Shown piece by piece: positions 28,005-35,721 of a stretch of 64,000 bases of DNA (positions within the stretch are counted from its first letter, which is position 1; each line of letters opens with the position of its first letter). The translations under genes and the position numbers were made by a program. Origin of the DNA: Oscillospiraceae bacterium (GTDB lineage: Bacteria; Bacillota; Clostridia; Oscillospirales; Ruminococcaceae); contig JAFWVK010000083.1 in assembly GCA_017518255.1 (NCBI GenBank), positions 11,146 to 75,145 of the forward strand, in the 5' to 3' direction. The notes under the pieces are model-generated. The model saw nothing but the letters and a program-made list of their open reading frames with translations. It was not told the origin of the DNA and ran no database searches.

Positions 28005-28203
28005 GTAATCAGTGAGAATCTGCGCCCTGTCAGGTGTAGAATCTCGATAAAAAAATACATATAGTATAAACAAGATGAAAAACGGCCGCTGCACGGGAGC
28101 GGACGTCTCTTTCAAGAGGGGATATACTATATGAAATGCACGGATATAAGCGGAGCTCGTACTGGCTCCGGTTATATAATAAAAAAACGGGAGGGTATTT
28201 TTT

Positions 28204-31155
28204 ATGCACAAAAGAGCAAAAGCGATTGTCGCCAGCCTCGTTGCTGTCACGACTTTCGCACCGACACTTGCCAGCTTTGTGCCGATGACCGCTTCGGCGG
28301 GTCAGGTGCTGGGTGAAACCACATTTGACTACAAGGCACTTCCCTGGCACACTTGTGAATCGAGCCCTGCAAAGCAGGAGTTCAAGATTGACAAGGAATT
28401 CCACATCACGGTCATCGAGCCGCTGGGCGCTGAGAGCTCCAAGTGGGACCTTCAGTTCAGATACAGAAATCTGAACTTCGAGAAGGGTCACGAGTACAAG
28501 GTCAGTTTCCAGGCAAAGTCTAACAGAAACGGCATGGAGCTCTGCTCCAAGATCGGTTCTACCGACGGTAAGAAAGAGTACTTCGACCTGAAGCCGGAAG
28601 GCTTCGTCATGGGACCGCACATGGGCGGCGGCGACATGGGCTGGGGCAAGGCTGTTGAGCTTTCCACAACCTATCAGACATGGTCCGGTACCTTTATTCC
28701 GACTGAGAAACTCGAAGGCGTTGAGTGGGCATTCCACTATGCAGAGGATCACAACGGCTACGGCGGAAACGCACGGAAGGGTGACGAGATCTTCTTCGAC
28801 AACATGTCGATTGAATGTATGACTTGCTCTAACTGCGACGCTGATCCGAATGAGCACTACGGCGCTATCAGCCGTACCTACAGCGCTGACTTTGACAACT
28901 TCATCTCCGTCAACCAGATCGGTTACTACTCCAACCTTGCAAAGATTGCAACCCTCGGCGATAACAAGGGCGACATCATGCACGGTGCAAAGACAATCGA
29001 CCTGAAGGAAGGCTCCACCTACAAGTGGAAACTGATGAAGAAGGGCGGCGGCGTTGCAAAGGAAGGCACCACCGGCAAGGCATTCTACGATCAGGATTCC
29101 CACGATACTGTTGCGAAGATCGACTTCTCCGACTACACCACACCGGGCGAGTATTATCTCCAGATCGACGGTGAGGATTGGAGATCCTTCGATTTCTACA
29201 TCGGCGACAACATCTATTCCGATTCCAGCCACGACATGCTGAAGAACGCTCTGAACTACTTCTATCAGAACCGTTCCGGTATTGATATCAAGGAAGCTTA
29301 TATCACATCCGGCAGCAAATCCGGACTGGCACACGAGGGCGGCCACAAGAAAGATACAGCTTATGTCCAGAAAATCTGGAAGAATGAGTATCTGAAGCCG
29401 GAAGAGGCAACCACGGAATATTCCGCAGGTCAGATCACCGCAAACGGCGGCTGGTACGATGCCGGTGACCACGGTAAATACGTTGTTAACGGCGGTATCT
29501 CCGTTTGGACACTCCTCAACATGTATGAGAGAGCAATCCAGACCGATGAAGGCAAGGCAAAGTTTGCTGACGGCAATACCGATACCATGCTGATTCCGGA
29601 AGGCAGCAACGGAATTCCGGATGTCATCGACGAGTGCATGTACGAAATCGACTTCATGAGCCAGATGGTTGTTGACAGCTCGATTTCTTACTACAGCAAG
29701 TATGCTGGCCTTGTTTACCACAAGCTCCACGACCACAAGTGGACCGGTCTTGCAACCAGACCGTGGGACTATGAGACCGAGTGGAAGACCGAGCGTATCG
29801 TGAAGCCGCCTACACTCGCTGCAACTCTGAACTATGTTGCATGCTGCGCACAGTGTGCAAGACTTCTCGAACCGTATGATGCTGATAAAGCAGCTGATTA
29901 CTACGAGGCAGCTAAGACTTCCTATGCAGCTTACAAGCAGCACTGGTACAAGGCAGCTGCCGATGAGGAAACCAATGAAAAGTCCCTCTACGCTCCGATG
30001 TATCAGGCAAAGGGCGGCGGACCTTACGGCGATAACGAAGTAAGAGACGACGCTTACTGGGCAGCCTGCGAGCTGTTCGTAACCGCAAACGCTCTCGGCA
30101 AGACCTCTGATGCTTCCACCTACAAGTCTGAGCTGGAAGGCAACGACTACGCAAAGGTTTACCAGGTTACCACCAGAATCACCGGCGGTGAGAACGCTAC
30201 CGGCGATGGCTCCTACACCACATTCAACTGGGGCAACACTGCTTCCGCAGGTTCCATTTCTCTCCTGCTGAACAAGAAGTACCTCGATTCCGCTGATGTT
30301 AAGACTCTGGAAGCTTCCGTTAAGGATGCTGCTGATGATTACATCAAGACAGAGGCTGAACAGGGCTACGGCATTCCGTACAAGTACGACGGTCCGGGCT
30401 ACAAGGATCCGAACAACCTGCCCGACACCATCACCATTCACGGTTATGAGTGGGGCTCCAACTCCATGGTTATCAACAACCTGGTCGTTCTGGCTTACGC
30501 TTATGACATCACCAACGACACCAAGTACATGGACGGCATCGTTACCGGTATGGACTACCTGCTCGGTAACAACCCGCTCGCATTCTCCTTTGTCTCCGGC
30601 TACGGCAAGTACACTCTGAAGAACCCGCACCACAGATATTGGTCTTATGAGCTCGACAAGACCCTGCCGATGGCTCCGGACGGCGTTCTGTCCGGCGGTC
30701 CGAATGCAGGCCTCCAGGATCCGTACGTCCGCGCACTTGGCTTCGAGCCGGGCGGAGACGACGTTCCTTCCGAGAGATGCTATGTTGACTCCATCGAAGC
30801 ATGGTCCACCAACGAGGTTACCATTAACTGGAACGCTCCGCTGGCATGGATGGTCTCCTTCCTCCAGGATGAGGCTGCTGATGCCGGGAGTAATCCCCAT
30901 CACGAAGATGACGAAGTCGATTGGGGTAACGTCGACTGCTCCACCGAGTCTACTGTGGAAGAGCGTGTTACTGTTCTTGATGCTGTTCTCCTCGCTCGTG
31001 TTGCTGCTGAAGACACGAAGTGCGGTGTTACGGAACAGGGCAAACTGAATGCTGACGTTGAGTACGACGGCAAAGTTAAGACCGATGACCTGACCAAGCT
31101 TCTGAAGTATCTGGCAGGTATCGTCAAGTACAGCGATCTGGGCAACCAGGAGTAA
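28204..31155 (+). CDS. Cellulosomal endoglucanase/cellulase: signal peptide - CBM4-like - Ig-like (CelD_N) - GH9 - dockerin
   Basis: GH9 signatures GGWYDAGDHGKY, HHRYW and STNEVTINWNAPLAW. An Ig-like module precedes the catalytic domain (ISVNQIGYY...). C-terminal dockerin-like VLDAVLLARVAAED...DDLTKLLKYLAGIV. Strong RBS GGGAGG. Confidence 0.93.
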   Translation: MHKRAKAIVASLVAVTTFAPTLASFVPMTASAGQVLGETTFDYKALPWHTCESSPAKQEFKIDKEFHITVIEPLGAESSKWDLQFRYRNLNFEKGHEYKVSFQAKSNRNGMELCSKIGSTDGKKEYFDLKPEGFVMGPHMGGGDMGWGKAVELSTTYQTWSGTFIPTEKLEGVEWAFHYAEDHNGYGGNARKGDEIFFDNMSIECMTCSNCDADPNEHYGAISRTYSADFDNFISVNQIGYYSNLAKIATLGDNKGDIMHGAKTIDLKEGSTYKWKLMKKGGGVAKEGTTGKAFYDQDSHDTVAKIDFSDYTTPGEYYLQIDGEDWRSFDFYIGDNIYSDSSHDMLKNALNYFYQNRSGIDIKEAYITSGSKSGLAHEGGHKKDTAYVQKIWKNEYLKPEEATTEYSAGQITANGGWYDAGDHGKYVVNGGISVWTLLNMYERAIQTDEGKAKFADGNTDTMLIPEGSNGIPDVIDECMYEIDFMSQMVVDSSISYYSKYAGLVYHKLHDHKWTGLATRPWDYETEWKTERIVKPPTLAATLNYVACCAQCARLLEPYDADKAADYYEAAKTSYAAYKQHWYKAAADEETNEKSLYAPMYQAKGGGPYGDNEVRDDAYWAACELFVTANALGKTSDASTYKSELEGNDYAKVYQVTTRITGGENATGDGSYTTFNWGNTASAGSISLLLNKKYLDSADVKTLEASVKDAADDYIKTEAEQGYGIPYKYDGPGYKDPNNLPDTITIHGYEWGSNSMVINNLVVLAYAYDITNDTKYMDGIVTGMDYLLGNNPLAFSFVSGYGKYTLKNPHHRYWSYELDKTLPMAPDGVLSGGPNAGLQDPYVRALGFEPGGDDVPSERCYVDSIEAWSTNEVTINWNAPLAWMVSFLQDEAADAGSNPHHEDDEVDWGNVDCSTESTVEERVTVLDAVLLARVAAEDTKCGVTEQGKLNADVEYDGKVKTDDLTKLLKYLAGIVKYSDLGNQE

Positions 31156-31191
31156 TCACTGAACATTTACAGTGAAAACCGCATAACAAGG

Positions 31192-31226
31192 AAGAGGGTA
31201 CGTCATTGCGACGTACCCTCTTTTGT
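31192..31226 (+). terminator. Intrinsic terminator of the GH9 gene (bidirectional hairpin)
   Basis: AAGAGGGTACGTC / GACGTACCCTCTT stem followed by TTTG. The 3' arm also encodes the last codons of the minus-strand lipoprotein gene. Confidence 0.75.
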
Positions 31227-31829
31227 CGTATCTGCTGCGGAGGTTGTAGTTTCGGTTTGTGCGGATTCCGTATCGGATGCAGGCTCTGTAACGGTACATG
31301 CGGCATATTCCGTGAACTGAATATACAGCGGCTGCGAGGGAATCTCCAGCGCAACCGGTTCGCCGCTGCCGGAGAAGGTTACCGTATAACTGCCGCCGGA
31401 GCAGTCGCCGCTTCCGGTCCATGTGCCGTCGTCCTGTTTCTTGCAGGGAATTTCTTTCTGCGAACCGACCGCGTCCATGATTTCCGTCACCATAACGAGC
31501 ATGTTTTTCGCCGGGAGTGCGGATTTCGGAACCGTAAACGCCAGTCCCTTGTAGCTTGCACTGACAGCATTCCCGTCAAAGCTGAGAACCATGCCTGACA
31601 GAGAAGCCGGTTCGGAAAATTCTGCCTCCCACTGCTCCGCCTGTGTGCGCGTCAGTTTCAGCGAGGCGGTTCCGCCGTCTGTGTAGGTCATCTCTGCCTG
31701 AACGGTGTACGAATCCGTGAGATGCGGCGAAAAAGCGGTTTCTTTTTCAGCCGCCGTACAGCCTGTCAGCAGCAGCCCCGCCGGAATCAGAACCGCGAGG
31801 GCATTCTTCAGAAATACATTCGGTCTCAT
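31203..31829 (-). CDS. Lipoprotein, unknown function
   Basis: Start set at MRPNVFLKN after GGAGG. Lipobox LLTGC and a Thr-rich C-terminal tail. Confidence 0.7.
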   Translation of the reverse strand: MRPNVFLKNALAVLIPAGLLLTGCTAAEKETAFSPHLTDSYTVQAEMTYTDGGTASLKLTRTQAEQWEAEFSEPASLSGMVLSFDGNAVSASYKGLAFTVPKSALPAKNMLVMVTEIMDAVGSQKEIPCKKQDDGTWTGSGDCSGGSYTVTFSGSGEPVALEIPSQPLYIQFTEYAACTVTEPASDTESAQTETTTSAADTTKEGTSQ

Positions 31830-31901
31830 ATCAAAGCCTCCGATATCTGGTTTTTGACTTTTTGACAACCGATTATTTCTGAGGAATGCCCTCATTCTTT
31901 T

Positions 31902-33422
31902 TTATTCGTATTCTGCGAACAGGAGCGGGAATTGCTGAATCATATCCGAAGGCAGCATTGCCCGTCTGGAGAATTCAGCGGCGGCACAGTCACCGGCAAG
32001 TCCGTGCAAATAGACACTGATCTGTGCGGATACTTCCGGCTCAATGCCCTGTGCTGTCAGGCTTGCAATCATGCCCGCAAGAATGTCTCCGCTTCCGCCC
32101 TTTGACATGCCGGAATTCCCCGTTGTGTTAATACAAGCATGTTTGGAGGTTGCAACGACCGTTCCCGCACCTTTCAGTACAACAACGGTATTCGGGAAAC
32201 GGTTTGCAAAGCGCTTTGCCGCAGCGATTCTGTCCTTCTGAATATCATCAACGGAACAGTGAAGCAGCCGGCTCATTTCTCCCGGATGCGGGGTCAGGAC
32301 AATTTGTGCCTTCGCCTTATGTAATATATCTATGCAGGAGGCAATTGCGTTTAGACCGTCTGCATCCAAAATGATCGGGCATTCGAGATGCGTAATCAGA
32401 GAGGAGACAACCTCCTTCAATGCTTCGGACTGCCCAAGCCCGCAGCCGATCAGTACACAGCTTGATTTTCGCCCGTGTTCGAGAATTTTCGGGACTGCCT
32501 GCTGCGTCAGCATTCCGTCCTGATCTGTCGGCAGCGGCTGCATCATCGCTTCCGGCGACTGTGATACAAGCAGCCGGCAGACATCAAGATCCGAGCCGAG
32601 ACAGTAAAGCCCGACGCCGCAGCGCAGTGCCGCTTTTGAGGCAAGAATCGCTGCACCGGGCATATTGCGTGAGCCGGCAACGCAGAACAGCCTGCCGAAC
32701 ATTCCTTTGTGTGCATTTGCAGGACGGGGCGGAAGCTCCGAATGCACATATTCCGCAGTAATGCGCCTGACCGGATATTTCAGCTGTGCAAAAGCCTCTT
32801 CCGGGATGCCGATGTCAACGAGATAGATCGCACCGCAGTATTCGGAGAGCGGCGCCAGAACAAGTCCCATTTTTGCGGCGCCGAATGTGACGGTTGCATC
32901 GCAGTGCGGCGTACCGGGAACAACAGCGCCGTTCAGTCCGCTTCCGCCGCTGGGAATATCCACGGCGATACAGAATTTCTCCGGGTCGGCGTCAATGATT
33001 CCGAACAGCTCCTGCACAAACGGGCTGAGCGAGCCGCGGAAGCCAATGCCGAAAATGCCGTCCACAATCAGCGGATGCTCCCGCACAGCCTGACGGATTT
33101 GTTCCTGATCCTCCAGAATGCTGACGTTTTTCATGCGCTTGAATTTGGTGTAGGCAGTCCGTGTTTTCGGAACACCGCTGATCATACAGACGATAACCGA
33201 AAAACTGTCCGCGAGAATGGATGCCGCAACAAAGCAGTCGCCGGCATTATTGCCGTTTCCGCAAAGAAATACGATGGTTCTGCAAACTTTGTCAACAGCG
33301 ATTTCAGCGAGATGCTTTGCAAGTCCGCTGCCGGCGTTTTCCATCATCGTATCATAATTGATTCCTGCACTGTTCGTCTGTTCCTCAAGCTTCATCATTT
33401 CAAGCGGTGTAACAAGCTGCAT
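31902..33422 (-). CDS. nnr: Bifunctional NAD(P)H-hydrate repair enzyme (epimerase + ADP-dependent dehydratase)
   Basis: YjeF_N domain (GNGNNAGD) plus a C-terminal carbohydrate-kinase-like domain (KGGSGDILAGMIA). Confidence 0.92.
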   Translation of the reverse strand: MQLVTPLEMMKLEEQTNSAGINYDTMMENAGSGLAKHLAEIAVDKVCRTIVFLCGNGNNAGDCFVAASILADSFSVIVCMISGVPKTRTAYTKFKRMKNVSILEDQEQIRQAVREHPLIVDGIFGIGFRGSLSPFVQELFGIIDADPEKFCIAVDIPSGGSGLNGAVVPGTPHCDATVTFGAAKMGLVLAPLSEYCGAIYLVDIGIPEEAFAQLKYPVRRITAEYVHSELPPRPANAHKGMFGRLFCVAGSRNMPGAAILASKAALRCGVGLYCLGSDLDVCRLLVSQSPEAMMQPLPTDQDGMLTQQAVPKILEHGRKSSCVLIGCGLGQSEALKEVVSSLITHLECPIILDADGLNAIASCIDILHKAKAQIVLTPHPGEMSRLLHCSVDDIQKDRIAAAKRFANRFPNTVVVLKGAGTVVATSKHACINTTGNSGMSKGGSGDILAGMIASLTAQGIEPEVSAQISVYLHGLAGDCAAAEFSRRAMLPSDMIQQFPLLFAEYE

Positions 33423-33435
33423 ATTTTATGCCCCC

Positions 33436-33939
33436 TTAACAGCGAAATTCAAGATTGCGCGGAAGATATTTGCACAGGTATTTCAGAATATCATCGTTTG
33501 GAGTCCAGATCAGTCTGGTCTGCCCAAGCTTTTCATGATCAAACTCAGCGTAATATGCGTGTTCATCCTGCGCGGAACACGCGAGTACCAGCGTCTGACT
33601 GCTGCTGCTCTGCGGGGCATCGCGCAGGGCTCCGAAGGCTGTGAATTTCCTGACGGAAACTGCAATCATCGGCTTGCGCCGACTCTGCGCCAGAATTTTT
33701 GTGATATTCAGTTCATCCTCAGAGATAACGTATTCATATTCGATCCGGTTATTTGTCCAGAGAAACCAAGTTCCGAAGCCGATTCCTGCTGCAAGAATCA
33801 GCAGCAGGAAATATCCTGAAAACAGCGAGAGCAGGACGGCAGCAGCCGTGACAGCAGAGCCGCCGATCAGAATGGCGGCTTTCTGTAAGGCATTGTCAGT
33901 TTTCGGGACAATCAGTTCCCGGTAATCGGATCCAAGCAT
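33436..33939 (-). CDS. Two-TM membrane protein, unknown function
   Basis: Start set at MLGSDYRE (RBS AAAGGA) so as not to overlap the upstream gene. Has a TM hairpin plus a soluble C-terminal domain. Confidence 0.6.
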   Translation of the reverse strand: MLGSDYRELIVPKTDNALQKAAILIGGSAVTAAAVLLSLFSGYFLLLILAAGIGFGTWFLWTNNRIEYEYVISEDELNITKILAQSRRKPMIAVSVRKFTAFGALRDAPQSSSSQTLVLACSAQDEHAYYAEFDHEKLGQTRLIWTPNDDILKYLCKYLPRNLEFRC

Positions 33940-33967
33940 GAAAATGTTCCTTTCTGTTGATTGAAAT

Positions 33968-35449
33968 TCAGCTGCCGGTTCTGGTTTTTTCAGCCTCGGC
34001 ATACTCGCGCTCGTGGAATGCTTTTTTGCGGGAATACATAATCCGGTCCGCTCTGTCAAAGAGCATAACAGAGTTTTCCGAACGGTCATACTGTGCGCTT
34101 CCGTAGCTGAAGGTTACCTGATGCGTCATGAATTCAAATTTTTCTGAGGAGAATTTCTCCAGTGCGCTTTGCATTGTGTGTTCGGCAGTTTTCAGATCGC
34201 ACTGGAAGATGACGGCAAATTCTTCGCCGCCGTAGCGGAAAACATCGCCCAGACTGCCGCATGTTTCCTGTAAAATATCCGAGAGTGTAATCAGAATCCT
34301 GTCGCCGCTGGCATGACCGTAGGTATCGTTGATGTTCTTGAAACTGTCGATATCCGCGATGGAAACGGTCAGCGGGCTGTGCGTTTGTTTGCTTTTATCC
34401 ATCAGTTCATCGAGCATCGGATAAAAAGCTGCATGGTTCAGCAGGCCTGTCATGGCATCGAGGTTCAGGCGTGCGCGGATTTCTGTGATATCTTCAAAGG
34501 TCAGCAGCTTGCCGTGCTGCCCCTCACCGCTGCTCCAGTCTGTAATTTTACGCTGATAGGATGTTTCGCCGATTTCAACGGCGGCAAATTCCGGTTCGCA
34601 AAGCTGCCCGAAATCAATTGTGTAGGAATTGCGGGAGCCGAGAAGGGGAATCATCTGCTTTGCGGCACGATTGGCATAGATCAGATGATTGTCATTATCG
34701 AGAAAGATCAGACCGGTTGTCATGCTTTGCAGCATTTCCTCTTTGTTGAGCAGACCGTAGCGGAAGATGGAATATGAAATCAGCAGCGCACTGAGCATGA
34801 TTCCGATATTGCTGATATCGAACCCGTGAGACAGTCCGGCGAGGTAGATCAGCAGCGAAAGGAACGGAATCAGGCAGGCGGCGAGAAGAATGGAATTGTT
34901 TTGCTTTTCCCGCTTTCGCAGCCCTGCGCGGTGATAGAGGCAGAAGCCGAGGCAGGTAAGTGAAAGAATGGTATTATAGCACATAAAGACGTAATAGAAC
35001 GGACCGGGCTGAATTTGCAGGAGTCCCTCTTCGGAGAGCGAAAGCCCGGAATAATACAGCCGGTTCTGCTCGCAGGTAAAGACAAGGACCAGAACGGTGA
35101 CCGGTATGCTGAAAATCAGCCCCTGAATCAGCGGGCTGATTCTGGATTCATAGAACCGGAGCACCATCAGCAGCAGGAGCGGATTGACGAACACCTTGCC
35201 GAGATATTCAAATTTGAGCGCAGTAATCTTTGCATAAAAATCCGGTGTGGTCAGTCCTGTATTGTAGGAAAGCAGGCAAAGCAGCGAACAGAACAAACCG
35301 AGCACTGCAAATTCACGCAGCGCAGTGTCCTGCTGCTTGATCAGGATTACCAGAACGACGGCACCGTTCAGAACGCACCCGATCAGCAGAATGACAGAGA
35401 TAACGGTAACTGCCACGGCAGATCTGCCTCCTTTCCGCAAAGATATCAT
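33968..35449 (-). CDS. Diguanylate cyclase: N-terminal 6-7 TM sensor domain - PAS-like - GGDEF
   Basis: Active-site RYGGEEF with upstream DIDSFKNINDTYGHASGD. No RxxD I-site is seen 5 residues upstream (SLGD). Confidence 0.88.
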   Translation of the reverse strand: MISLRKGGRSAVAVTVISVILLIGCVLNGAVVLVILIKQQDTALREFAVLGLFCSLLCLLSYNTGLTTPDFYAKITALKFEYLGKVFVNPLLLLMVLRFYESRISPLIQGLIFSIPVTVLVLVFTCEQNRLYYSGLSLSEEGLLQIQPGPFYYVFMCYNTILSLTCLGFCLYHRAGLRKREKQNNSILLAACLIPFLSLLIYLAGLSHGFDISNIGIMLSALLISYSIFRYGLLNKEEMLQSMTTGLIFLDNDNHLIYANRAAKQMIPLLGSRNSYTIDFGQLCEPEFAAVEIGETSYQRKITDWSSGEGQHGKLLTFEDITEIRARLNLDAMTGLLNHAAFYPMLDELMDKSKQTHSPLTVSIADIDSFKNINDTYGHASGDRILITLSDILQETCGSLGDVFRYGGEEFAVIFQCDLKTAEHTMQSALEKFSSEKFEFMTHQVTFSYGSAQYDRSENSVMLFDRADRIMYSRKKAFHEREYAEAEKTRTGS

Positions 35450-35646
35450 ACATAGTATGAGTTTCTATACAATTGTACCACAAAAACTTGGAAAAGTCAA
35501 CAAAATACAATCAAAGAAACTGTATTGATTTTATGAACCTTTTATGAACGACGGCAGCCCGGTATTCTGCGGCAGTTTCAGCGGGCAGATGACTGCTGTT
35601 TTTGCGGGGGCAGCAATAATAATATAGATAATCTGACAAAATGACA

Positions 35647-35675
35647 TTGACAGCGGCTGAGGGTTTCGTTATAAT
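35647..35675 (+). promoter_or_regulatory. Putative sigma-70 promoter of the PL10 gene
   Basis: TTGACA, 17 nt spacer, TATAAT. Confidence 0.6.
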
Positions 35676-35721
35676 AAATTTGAGAAGATGTCTTCTCAAA
35701 AAATGTATCGGGGGAAATCAT

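Noticed and set aside
27846-28250. 134-aa minus-strand ORF (GTG start) in the AT-rich region upstream of the GH9 gene
   Set aside because: Its length is surprising for AT-rich DNA. However, it starts inside the GH9 signal-peptide codons, runs through the GH9 RBS, leader and promoter, and has no convincing SD or motif. I kept it as unlikely, and Ribo-seq would settle it.
28030-30903. 957-aa minus-strand ORF opposite the GH9 gene
   Set aside because: It is codon-aligned antisense to a gene with clear GH9, CBM and dockerin motifs. It stays open only because the sense strand lacks TTA/CTA/TCA codons. The translated sequence is low-complexity (V/G/C/L/S-rich) with no motif.
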